A DNA stretch of 64,000 nucleotides from Pirellula sp. GTDB lineage: Bacteria; Planctomycetota; Planctomycetia; Pirellulales; Pirellulaceae. Location of the stretch: assembly GCA_041752005.1 (NCBI GenBank), contig JBGSHV010000015.1:22765-86764 (forward strand), in the 5' to 3' direction. Shown in pieces: positions 18,522-27,438 of the stretch; the stretch's first letter is position 1; each line of letters starts with the position of its first letter. A program made the translations under genes and the position numbers. The notes beneath the pieces are model-generated. The model saw nothing but the letters and a program-made list of their open reading frames with translations, had not been told where the DNA came from and searched no databases.

Positions 18522-18963
18522 CTACGTCCGCTTCTCGCCAATCACGCTGCATTTCCGCCACGGCGGATCTTCGACAATGATCGAGAGTGGTGAAACACGC
18601 CGCGGAGAATGCGATGCAGCTCAAGGTGGCACGACGCTCCGCGTCGTTGATTCAAGGAAAATCCTGGGCAATCGAAATCGAAAATCACGACGACGGGGCG
18701 TCGTGCAACATTTCTAACCCCGTGCCATCTCGGCGACAGGCAGGAATGGCATTCGAATACATCGGTAAAAACAATTTTTGGATCCCTCGTCGCCATTGAG
18801 AAAGTTGTTTACGAGCAACACCGCCATGATTTCCGCCCGGTAGCGAAGTGACGCTTCACTCGGCCGAACCGCTCAGTTGGCGTTACAGGGCGGATATACT
18901 GTGTCCCAGAGGATCTAGCTACACATCATTACAGAAAATCCTTGATCACCAACGGCGGATTCC

Positions 18964-19362
18964 ATGGGCAAGTTTAGCCTCCGAACAGTTTTTTTTCTGA
19001 TGACGTTTATTGCTTTGATGTTGACTTCCTATCGGTTTCTACCTGAGTTTCCTCGACTCAAACATTCCTATCCGAACGTGGTACTAACGGGATGCTGGAT
19101 ATTCGCGACCATCGGGGCCTTGGTTCCCATTGCAATTAAGCAAAGATTTTTGGGTAACCGATTTTGGCTCGTGCTCGTCATCATATCAATGATTGGGACG
19201 TGGACCGCCTTCTTCCTTCTGTACTTTTGGTGCGAAAGCAATGCGAGGAGGTCAACCCAGTTCCCCGGACTCGGGGCCGGTCTCTTCCTGGCGGAAGCAG
19301 CGTTCGCGGCAGGCTTCATTTCGTTCGTTCTGGGCTGGTTCGTACCCTCCGACCCACTGTGA
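18964..19362 (+). CDS. Small hypothetical membrane protein (about 4 TM)
   Basis: Hydrophobic segments VFFLMTFIALMLTSY, LTGCWIFATIGALVPIAI, FWLVLVIISMIGTWTAFFLLYFW and LFLAEAAFAAGFISFVLGWFV. GC appears slightly lower than in the neighbouring genes (visual impression only, not computed). Confidence 0.55.
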   Translation: MGKFSLRTVFFLMTFIALMLTSYRFLPEFPRLKHSYPNVVLTGCWIFATIGALVPIAIKQRFLGNRFWLVLVIISMIGTWTAFFLLYFWCESNARRSTQFPGLGAGLFLAEAAFAAGFISFVLGWFVPSDPL

Positions 19363-19464
19363 ACGCTCGCGGCACGCAAACTCTTTAGAGCTAAAGTTGG
19401 ACTAAGCTGGTTCGGTTCCCGTAAGCTCTTAGTTGCTCTGGCCGAAACCGCTTCGGCTGGCACA

Positions 19465-22308
19465 ATGGGGGGCATGACAACTCCCAAATGGATTCAGTTG
19501 CGCGCAGCCGCCGAGAACAATCTGCGCAATATCGATGTCGATATACCGCTCCATCGTTTGACCGTCGTGTGTGGTGTTAGTGGTAGCGGCAAAACCTCTC
19601 TGGTTCTCGATACCCTTTTCGCCGAGGGCCAGAGGCGGTACATCGAAAGCTTTTCGGCCTACACCCGTCAGTTTTTGGCCCGCATTGAAAAGCCCAAATT
19701 CGATTCGCTGGACAATTTGCCTCCTTCGTTATCGATCACGCGTGGCGATCGATCGCGAAACAATCGCAGTACCGTTGGGACTGCGAGCGAGTTGATGGAA
19801 CCATTGCGCGTCTTGTTTGCGCGCATTGCAAGGTTGTACTGCACCCGTTGCGGTCGCGAAGTGCACGAGCACACGCCCAGTTCCGTGATGCGATTCCTCG
19901 GGACCTTGAAGGCTGGTCGCGGTATGCTCGGATTCGCGTTTGAATGGAGCGACAAGACGGATTTATCGCAACAGCTATTCGACTTTCAATCCACGGGCCT
20001 GATCCGAGTGTTGCTCGATGGTCACATCGTCGAACTCAGCCAGGATCGCACCGAGTTGGCCAAGAGCGTTTCGAAATCGGGCTCTGGGATAGTGATCCTC
20101 GAGCGATTTCAATTGGGACATGCGGATCGACTCTCTAGTTTGGTTCCAGCCCTTGAGGACGCGTTTTCGCAAGCGGCGTCGGAGGTGCTGCTGCTGGTGG
20201 AATCCGATGCGTTGGATGTCAACGGAGCAACGACGTACAGCATCGATGGTCGAACGTACGTCGAGCATCGATTCTCGCGCGAGCTACGCTGCTCCGAATG
20301 TGGCTTGGATTACCTGCCCGCCGAACCGCGTTTGTTTAACTTCAACAGCCCGATCGGAGCTTGTCCATCGTGCACAGGGTTTGGCGAAATCGCTTCGATC
20401 ACAAGGGACAAGATTGTGCCTGATCGATCGTTGAGCCTTCGCGACGGGGCCATCGCACCGTGGCGAAGTCCCTCCTACGCACATGAACTTGAGGAGCTGT
20501 TGGCGATTGCCTCCGCTTACAAGGTTGCGGTCGATGTGCCTGTCTCCCAGCTTACGGACAAGCAATGGGAAGTGATCCAGCGCGGGGTGCCTGCGCGCAA
20601 GTTTGGTGGACTGGATGGTTTTTTTGCTTGGCTCGAGCGACGCAAGTACAAGATGCACATCCGCGCGTTCTTATCGCGGTGGCGATCCTACGAGATCTGC
20701 CCCGAGTGCCGAGGTGCTCGGTTGTCGCAATCGGCGTTGGCGTACCGCTACGGTACCGAGCACTTTTGGGATTTGTGTGAAAAGCCGATTGCAGAACTGC
20801 GGGAAGCTATATCGCAATTGCGCCTGATCGAAAGGTTGCCTAACGGTGTGGAGACATCTTCTATTTCATCGGCGATTTCTGAAGTGGAAAATCGGCTGCA
20901 GTATTTGGATTCTGTAGGCCTGGGCTATCTGACACTGGCTCGCACTATGCACACACTCAGTGGCGGCGAGGCCCAGCGGGTTCAGTTGACGACCCTGCTC
21001 GGATCGGATTTGGTCGACATGCTCTACGTTCTCGATGAGCCGACCGTAGGTTTGCATCCGAGCGATACACAGCGCGTCGCCGAGTCCATTGAGCGATTGG
21101 TGGATCGCGGCAACACCGTCGTTCTCATCGAACACGAACCCTATCTGCTGTTTCGGGCGAAGCATGTGTTGGAGATTGGACCAGGCGCGGGCGAAAAGGG
21201 TGGGCAAGTCTGCTTTGCGGGAACTCCAAGCGCTTGGAAGAAGGCGAATACGCTCACCTCGCGTTTTCTCTTTGCGGAGAAGTCAACGCAGCGAAGTATC
21301 CGGAACATCGGCCCCACCAGGTTGCGGCTGATCGGCGCTAAGGGTCGAAATCTGCATGGCGATGCATTGGAGATTCCTCACGGTTGCTTGACCACCATCG
21401 TTGGCGTGAGCGGTAGCGGCAAAAGCACTTTGATTCTCGATACGCTCGTGCCGGCCCTGCGGAGGGAACTAGGTGAAGAGACCGACGACGGATTGCCATT
21501 CGAGCGACTGGAAGGACTCGGAGAGATTGCAGGTTGCGTCGCCATCGACCAGAGTCCGATCGCCAAATCGATTCGATCCACGCCCGCCACCTACGTGAAG
21601 GCCATGGACGAGATCCGAGCAATCTTCGGTGGACTACCTGCTGCCCGTGGGGCACGTTTGACTGCCAGTCATTTCAGCTTCAACAGTTCTGCCGGACGAT
21701 GTCCGGTCTGCGAGGGCCTCGGCTTTACCGTCGTCGACATGCAGTTCATGGCCGACGTCCGACTGACTTGTTCGCAATGCAATGGTGCGCGGTACCAACC
21801 CGAGGTATTGGCCGTTCGGTATCGCGATCGCAACATCGCGGAAGTCTTGCAAATGGGCATCGCAGCCTCGGTCGATTTTTTTCGGGGCGAACACAAATTG
21901 CATCGCAAACTGCAGCCGTTGCTCGATATTGGATTGGGCTACTTGCCACTCGGACAGTGCGTTTCGTCGTTATCTGCGGGTGAGTCGATGCGTCTGAAAT
22001 TGGCGTCGCATCTGGAGGAAAAGAGCAGCAGTTTGATCGTGATGGACGAACCCACTACGGGGTTGCACTTCGCGGATGTCGAACTTCTCATTCACTGCAT
22101 CGACGTACTCATCGACCGAGGAAATACAGTATTGGTGATCGAGCACAACGAACAGATGATACGCGCGTCCGATTATTTGATCGAAATGGGCCCGGGAGCC
22201 GGCCCAGGGGGGGGCCGAATCATCGATGCATCCCCGCGAGATGTTTTTTTGGCTTCGGCAAATACTCCGACAAAACGAGCATTGCAGACCAATATCCAGG
22301 CCTACTGA
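19465..22308 (+). CDS. uvrA: UvrA-family excinuclease ABC subunit A (possibly a paralogue)
   Basis: 947 aa. NLRNIDVDIPLHRLTVVCGVSGSGKTSLVLDTLFAEGQRRYIESFSAYTRQFL. Zinc-finger motifs CTRCG, CSECG...GACPSCTGFG and CPECRG; CPVCEGLG...CSQCNG. Two ABC signatures LSGGEAQRV / LSAGESMRL with VLDEPTVGLH / VMDEPTTGLH. Confidence 0.85.
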   Translation: MGGMTTPKWIQLRAAAENNLRNIDVDIPLHRLTVVCGVSGSGKTSLVLDTLFAEGQRRYIESFSAYTRQFLARIEKPKFDSLDNLPPSLSITRGDRSRNNRSTVGTASELMEPLRVLFARIARLYCTRCGREVHEHTPSSVMRFLGTLKAGRGMLGFAFEWSDKTDLSQQLFDFQSTGLIRVLLDGHIVELSQDRTELAKSVSKSGSGIVILERFQLGHADRLSSLVPALEDAFSQAASEVLLLVESDALDVNGATTYSIDGRTYVEHRFSRELRCSECGLDYLPAEPRLFNFNSPIGACPSCTGFGEIASITRDKIVPDRSLSLRDGAIAPWRSPSYAHELEELLAIASAYKVAVDVPVSQLTDKQWEVIQRGVPARKFGGLDGFFAWLERRKYKMHIRAFLSRWRSYEICPECRGARLSQSALAYRYGTEHFWDLCEKPIAELREAISQLRLIERLPNGVETSSISSAISEVENRLQYLDSVGLGYLTLARTMHTLSGGEAQRVQLTTLLGSDLVDMLYVLDEPTVGLHPSDTQRVAESIERLVDRGNTVVLIEHEPYLLFRAKHVLEIGPGAGEKGGQVCFAGTPSAWKKANTLTSRFLFAEKSTQRSIRNIGPTRLRLIGAKGRNLHGDALEIPHGCLTTIVGVSGSGKSTLILDTLVPALRRELGEETDDGLPFERLEGLGEIAGCVAIDQSPIAKSIRSTPATYVKAMDEIRAIFGGLPAARGARLTASHFSFNSSAGRCPVCEGLGFTVVDMQFMADVRLTCSQCNGARYQPEVLAVRYRDRNIAEVLQMGIAASVDFFRGEHKLHRKLQPLLDIGLGYLPLGQCVSSLSAGESMRLKLASHLEEKSSSLIVMDEPTTGLHFADVELLIHCIDVLIDRGNTVLVIEHNEQMIRASDYLIEMGPGAGPGGGRIIDASPRDVFLASANTPTKRALQTNIQAY

Positions 22309-22370
22309 TACGAATTGTGCCGGATCGTGACTAGGTGGGACCCGAGCGATTTCTTACAATGAAATGAAAT

Positions 22371-22395
22371 CTCGGAGGCCGAGTCCTTCGTTTTC
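22371..22395 (+). terminator. Weak candidate terminator after the uvrA-family gene
   Basis: CTCGG-AGG-CCGAG followed by TCCTTCGTTTTC. The stem is only 5 bp. Confidence 0.25.
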
Positions 22396-22485
22396 AGGCA
22401 ATCCGTAGGCGAGCGGTTCGCAACGTCCGACGCTTTTCGCCTGGGTGTCGCAACGTAAAATCCAGTGGTTAGGTTTGTGGCACGC

Positions 22486-24720
22486 ATGGCGCACGAAAAG
22501 GATGAAGAACCGGAGCATGAGCTCGATCAGGCGTTGCTCAGCTTTCTAAGGCGGCATGATCAAGGCGAACGGGTTGACCGGGACGCGTTTTTGAAAGACC
22601 ATCCGGCTTTGGAGGGGCAGTTGAAGGTATTGCTCGATGCCGCCGACTGGATCGAACAGATGGCTGGACCAAAAGTCGGCGATTCCGGCAATCTCGCTTC
22701 AAGCGATGACGACCGCAGCGCGACAAAAACTCCCGACGATCCAAACGAGATCACTGTCGATTTGCATATGAGGGCATTCCTCCATGGGCATGTCACCCAT
22801 ATCGACGAGGGAACCACTCAAGAGCATCGCCACGAGTTCAGCCTTTCGGATGTACCCACCCTCGACAACACGCAATCGAGTTTGCCGTGTCGTTTCGGTG
22901 AATACATGCTTGAGAAAGTTCTAGGCCGAGGTGGTATGGGGGTCGTCTACCTGGCCAACCAAGTCCAATTGAATCGGCGCGTAGCCATCAAGATGATTCG
23001 TTCTGGGGCCTTGGCTACCAGCGACGAGGTTTCGCGTTTCTACAGCGAAGCGCGTAGCGTCGCCAAACTCGATCATCCCAACATCGTAACGGTGTATCAT
23101 TGCGGCGAGAACTCAGGGCATCATTTCTTTTCGATGGACTACATCCCTGGCACCGACCTCGCCAAACGCGTTTCTGTCGGCCCGATGGATCCGAAAGAAG
23201 CGGTGCGGTACGTACGTGAAGTTGCATTGGCCATCGACTATGCTCATTTCCATGGCGTTGTTCATCGCGACTTGAAACCCGCGAACGTGTTGATCGATCA
23301 AAACGACAGAGTCGTGATCACGGATTTCGGGTTGGCCAAGCAGATGGGGGGCGAGCAAGGCTTGACAGCCACTGGTGCAGCGCTGGGTACCCCCAGTTAC
23401 ATGTCGCCTGAACAAGCAGCCGGAAAGAGTGAAGAACAGGGGGAAGCGACCGACGTGTACGCCATGGGAGCGATCCTGTTCGCATTGTTGACCGGCAAGC
23501 CTCCGTTTCAGGCAGAGACGGTATTGCAGACCTTGATGCAAGTCATGCAACGTCCAGCGCCGAGTGTTCGACAACTTCGATCTGACGTGCATGGGGACCT
23601 GGAAACAATCGTAAGCAAATGTTTAGAGAAATCACCTGCCCTGCGTTACGCCAGCGCTCGCGACCTAGCCGCTGATCTCGATCGCTTCTACAACGGCCAC
23701 CCGATCGTAGCCAAGCCGCCTTCGTGGCCACGAAGGTTTGGTTTTTGGATAAGTACGGTTCCCTTGGTTGCCGCATTCACTGGAAGCCGGCCGTTGGAGC
23801 CTAGCGCATCGCAACGATGGGCACAAAATGGTTTCATCCTGGCCATGGCTTGCATTTTGATCGGGATCTTCTTCGGAGGTTCCATTCTGCGTTGGTTCAC
23901 CGACGGGCGATTACCGTCCCGGATCACCATCGCATCGGGCGCACCGGGAGGAATGTATTTCGACGTTGCAGGCCAACTCTCCGATCGGATGCAGACGAGC
24001 AACGGTCGGCGACCTTCGGTCTTGTCGACAGGAGGCTCGTACGAAAACCTGCGCCAACTCCTCGAGTACCATGCCGACATCGCGTTGATGCAGGAATCGA
24101 CGATCCGGGCCGATCAAGTGTCGGTGGTTGCGCCCCTGTTCATCGAAGCCATTCACGTGTTGATCCCCAAGGACTCTGACATCCGTAGTCTGAAACAACT
24201 CGCAGGGCAAAAGATCGTGATGGGGGCTCGCGATTCTGGGACGCGACAAGCCGCCCTGAGGTTACTCAAACACTTTCAGTTGACGGAAAGCGATTTCGAA
24301 ATCATCGATGGCGATTGGACACAGGCGGCTATGCGAGGCAATGGCAATATCCTCATCGCTGTCGTCAAAGCCGAGCAATCGGGGATGGGAGATCTGCTCG
24401 CTAGCGGCGAATACCGATTGCTGTCCATCGATAACGCTCATTCCCTCTTGTCCACCGAACCTATGTTTCGGTTGTATGAATTTGAGGCCGGAGCGTACCG
24501 GGGCACTCTTCAAAAACTGACGGAGACCTTGTCGACAACCGCTTTACTCGTCGTGCGCAAGGATGCTCCGTCCCGTTTGGTGGAAGAATGTTTGAAAGCT
24601 ACCTATGCCGATCCGCCCTTAGTCCAGGGATTGATCCCTCCGGAAATGGCCGCAGGTTGGCAAGGCCTACCGTATCACGATGCCGCGCGGCGTTTCTTCG
24701 AATCGCGTGCGACTCCCTAG
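22486..24720 (+). CDS. Ser/Thr protein kinase fused, via a transmembrane segment, to a TAXI-type (TRAP-associated) solute-binding domain
   Basis: Hanks motifs GRGGMGVVY, VAIKMI, HRDLKPANVL, DFGLA, GTPSYMSPE. TM GFILAMACILIGIFFGGSIL. C-terminal IASGAPGGMYFDVAG, STGGSYENLRQLLEYHADIALMQ and EAIHVLIPKDSDIRSLKQLAGQKIVMGARDSGT match the TAXI periplasmic-binding pattern. Confidence 0.88.
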   Translation: MAHEKDEEPEHELDQALLSFLRRHDQGERVDRDAFLKDHPALEGQLKVLLDAADWIEQMAGPKVGDSGNLASSDDDRSATKTPDDPNEITVDLHMRAFLHGHVTHIDEGTTQEHRHEFSLSDVPTLDNTQSSLPCRFGEYMLEKVLGRGGMGVVYLANQVQLNRRVAIKMIRSGALATSDEVSRFYSEARSVAKLDHPNIVTVYHCGENSGHHFFSMDYIPGTDLAKRVSVGPMDPKEAVRYVREVALAIDYAHFHGVVHRDLKPANVLIDQNDRVVITDFGLAKQMGGEQGLTATGAALGTPSYMSPEQAAGKSEEQGEATDVYAMGAILFALLTGKPPFQAETVLQTLMQVMQRPAPSVRQLRSDVHGDLETIVSKCLEKSPALRYASARDLAADLDRFYNGHPIVAKPPSWPRRFGFWISTVPLVAAFTGSRPLEPSASQRWAQNGFILAMACILIGIFFGGSILRWFTDGRLPSRITIASGAPGGMYFDVAGQLSDRMQTSNGRRPSVLSTGGSYENLRQLLEYHADIALMQESTIRADQVSVVAPLFIEAIHVLIPKDSDIRSLKQLAGQKIVMGARDSGTRQAALRLLKHFQLTESDFEIIDGDWTQAAMRGNGNILIAVVKAEQSGMGDLLASGEYRLLSIDNAHSLLSTEPMFRLYEFEAGAYRGTLQKLTETLSTTALLVVRKDAPSRLVEECLKATYADPPLVQGLIPPEMAAGWQGLPYHDAARRFFESRATP

Positions 24721-24747
24721 TCGGCGCGAGAACCCCATCTCTTAGTA

Positions 24748-24999
24748 TCAGCGGGGTGTTGGTTCGTCGCTGGCGTAGTAGTTCAGTCGAGGAATGTCTT
24801 CAAGTTCGGTATAGAACATGGCATCGGCATGGATTTTTTGCTCTTTGAGGTTCCGAATGTGCGCCGCCACGCTTGGGACGCGCGCTAAGGCCGGTAGCAG
24901 TATTGTCCAGGCCACAATCAACACAGCCACGCACATCATCAATCGCAATGATTTTTGCGATGTGGAGTTGCGTTCCTGGTTCGGGTCGCGATCCATCAT
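24748..24999 (-). CDS. Small single-TM membrane protein (83 aa), translationally coupled to the upstream transporter gene
   Basis: ATGA overlap (start 24999, stop of the upstream gene at 24996-24998). TM LMMCVAVLIVAWTILLPALA. The remainder of the 271-aa track ORF is an alternative frame of the YeiH-like gene and is not credible. Confidence 0.5.
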   Translation of the reverse strand: MMDRDPNQERNSTSQKSLRLMMCVAVLIVAWTILLPALARVPSVAAHIRNLKEQKIHADAMFYTELEDIPRLNYYASDEPTPR

Positions 25000-26411
25000 T
25001 TGGCCAGGATCTCTTTGATTTTTTCCGCGTATAGAACACCGAACATGAGGTAGGCCATGGCCAGCGACAGGATCATGCTCCAGGCCTGACCGATCACGTA
25101 CAGCAGCAACGGTTTGCTGCCGGAAAGAACCTTGGAAAGCTCTCGGAAATTGATCTCGAGGCCAAACGCCACGAAGGCCAAGCAGAATAGCCAGACGCGG
25201 ATCTGGGACGTGATCTGTTTGCCAATCGTTTCCGCCAATAGACCGTCGTATTGGGTATAGACCGGGAGGAACGAGAAAAGCAGCGAAGCCCCGATGAAGC
25301 CAAGAACGAATTTTGGAAACCGATGCCAGATCTCTATCCAGCCGACGCGATTCGAGCCTTCGCTTTCTCCATAGCGAGCGGTCCAATAAACCGCCACGGC
25401 GAACGCAATGACTCCGATGAGCACGTTCTGAATCATCTTCACTGTGCTGGCGACGGCCAAGCCGTCTTCCTTCAAAACCGCACCGGCGGCAGCGACCGCG
25501 CCGGTCGAGTCGATCGTCCCGCCGATCCATGCCGCACCGACCAATGGGTCCATGCCACTCCAAAGAACGAACTGGGGCTGGACCACCATCATGATGGCCG
25601 TGAAGAACAACGATACACCGATCGCGTAGGAAATTTCTTCACGCTTGGCACGGCATGCCGCACCTGTAGCGATGGCAGCAGAAACTCCGCAGACCGACAT
25701 GTCAGCGGAAATAACCATGTTCAGACTCGGCGACGAGATTTTTAAGACACGTTGACCGAACCAGAAGGTGGTGATGAGCACCACCGGCGTCACCAACCAG
25801 GAAGTGAAGATACCTGGTGGTCCAAGAGCCACGAGTTTTCCGAACAGAATTTCAGCCCCGAATAATACCAAACCCAACTTGATCATCGACTCGCCGATGA
25901 CCATCGATTGCAACCATTTAGGGATACCGATGGTATTGTTGATGAGCATGCCCAACAGCAGTGCCCACAGAACATACTCGAAGTTGAGGTATTTCACCGT
26001 CTCCTGCGCGGCCATTAAGAAGGCCAAGGTTCCGAGGGCGAACATGCCGGTGTAACCGAGAAGGAATTGAAGCCATGAGACCCGTCGAAAGAGGGCGATC
26101 GGGAGAAGTACGCAGCCGATCACCAGCCACGTCGTAAATAACTTGACCCCTAAAAACGTTCGGTCTCCCTTTTCCGGGTCGGAGAAGAATGCATCAATGG
26201 GCTGCGCATCCCAGTTACTCAGTTTTGCAAACCAATTCGAAGCGTAGTTCACCACGGTGGGCTTGGCAGCGGGCACATCCGGATCGACTTGCACTTGGAC
26301 CAGCAGGGTCGCGATCACCAATGTCGCAATCCCAACGGCAACAAGTAGCCAATCCTCGTGCAGTCCTTGCGGTTTGGGGTCGACTTCAGTTTGGGATTCG
26401 CTGGCCGTCAT
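24996..26411 (-). CDS. YeiH/UPF0324-family membrane protein (putative sulfate exporter family)
   Basis: Polytopic. MVISADMSVCGVSAAIATGAACRAKREEISYAIGVSLFFTAIMMVVQP matches the G.SICG.SAi.A motif of the family. The start is ATG 26411 (purine-rich AAGGGAA upstream) or GTG 26432. Confidence 0.85.
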   Translation of the reverse strand: MTASESQTEVDPKPQGLHEDWLLVAVGIATLVIATLLVQVQVDPDVPAAKPTVVNYASNWFAKLSNWDAQPIDAFFSDPEKGDRTFLGVKLFTTWLVIGCVLLPIALFRRVSWLQFLLGYTGMFALGTLAFLMAAQETVKYLNFEYVLWALLLGMLINNTIGIPKWLQSMVIGESMIKLGLVLFGAEILFGKLVALGPPGIFTSWLVTPVVLITTFWFGQRVLKISSPSLNMVISADMSVCGVSAAIATGAACRAKREEISYAIGVSLFFTAIMMVVQPQFVLWSGMDPLVGAAWIGGTIDSTGAVAAAGAVLKEDGLAVASTVKMIQNVLIGVIAFAVAVYWTARYGESEGSNRVGWIEIWHRFPKFVLGFIGASLLFSFLPVYTQYDGLLAETIGKQITSQIRVWLFCLAFVAFGLEINFRELSKVLSGSKPLLLYVIGQAWSMILSLAMAYLMFGVLYAEKIKEILAK

Positions 26412-26487
26412 CGGAGGTTCCCTTCCCTGCACAATTCAGCCCGCGTTCCATGCACAACAGGGCATTGGAGAGGACGCGCGGCATTCA

Positions 26488-27426
26488 CTAGATTTTTGCT
26501 CCGGCGCCTTTGGTGAAGGCCATGAATGCCGATTCCAGATTGATCTCCTCAACCGTGAATTTGTTCATGGGTATACCTTGTTGAATCAAGACGGTTGCGA
26601 GCGAGGAGTAATCCTCGACTTGGGATTGGAGCGTCACGCGAAGAATATCGTTATCGATCTCGACCGATAGCACGATCGCTTGGTCCTTCAAAATTTTCGC
26701 AGCGTCGGCCAATTGATGGGGCACGGCCAAACCGATCAAGAGGACCATGTTCGGCCGCACCTGCTTGATGATTGAGGAGACATCGTTGCTGGCGATCATC
26801 TTTCCAGCGTCGATGATCCCAACCTTGTTGCAGACATCTGCCAACTCGGGCAGGATGTGGCTGCTGACGATGATGGTTTTGCCCATGGCTCCCAAGCGTC
26901 GCATGAGGGCCCTCATTTCGATCCGAGCGCGGGGATCGAGTCCACTCAGGGGCTCGTCTAGGAGCAAGACGGCCGGATCGTGGAGCAAGGTTCGAGCCAA
27001 ACCCAGGCGTTGGGTTTGGCCGCGTGAAAGGGTATTGGCGTAGGCATCCCGCTTGAAGTCCAGGTCGACGATTTCGAGCATTTCGTTGCAACGTTTGCGT
27101 CGCATTTGGGGGCCGATGCGGTAGGCTGCGGCGAAGAACTCAAGGTACTCGATGACCGTCATGTCATCGTATACTCCGAAGAAATCGGGCATGTAGCCGA
27201 CCAGGCGACGGATTTCCTTGGGGTGCGTGTAGATCGAATGATCGCAGACGTAGGCTTCGCCTTCGGTCGGCTCGAGAAGCGTCGCGATGATCCGCATGGT
27301 GGTCGTTTTGCCTGCACCGTTTGGCCCGATGAAGCCGAACAAATCGCCTTGGCGCAAATCGAGATCGATATCTCGAATGGCGTACATGTCATCGTATTTC
27401 TTGGTCAGCTTGATCGTTTTGATCAC
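26488..27426 (-). CDS. ABC transporter ATP-binding protein (ABC-2 type); no adjacent recognisable permease
   Basis: Walker A GPNGAGKTTT, signature LSRGQTQRL, Walker B LLLDEPLSGLD, SSHIL. GTG start 12 nt after the upstream stop. Confidence 0.9.
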   Translation of the reverse strand: MIKTIKLTKKYDDMYAIRDIDLDLRQGDLFGFIGPNGAGKTTTMRIIATLLEPTEGEAYVCDHSIYTHPKEIRRLVGYMPDFFGVYDDMTVIEYLEFFAAAYRIGPQMRRKRCNEMLEIVDLDFKRDAYANTLSRGQTQRLGLARTLLHDPAVLLLDEPLSGLDPRARIEMRALMRRLGAMGKTIIVSSHILPELADVCNKVGIIDAGKMIASNDVSSIIKQVRPNMVLLIGLAVPHQLADAAKILKDQAIVLSVEIDNDILRVTLQSQVEDYSSLATVLIQQGIPMNKFTVEEINLESAFMAFTKGAGAKI

Positions 27427-27438
27427 GATTGAAAACCG

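Noticed and set aside
18284-18799. Six overlapping 60-98-aa ORFs on both strands in the 18.4-18.9 kb gap
   Set aside because: None has a ribosome-binding site, a motif or a plausible composition. They are reported only as a possible decayed gene or ncRNA region in the findings.
24748-25563. Full 271-aa version of the minus-strand ORF
   Set aside because: Upstream of 24999 it is merely another frame of the YeiH-like gene. Only the last 83 codons, which start in an ATGA overlap and carry a clean TM helix, are kept as a low-confidence gene.
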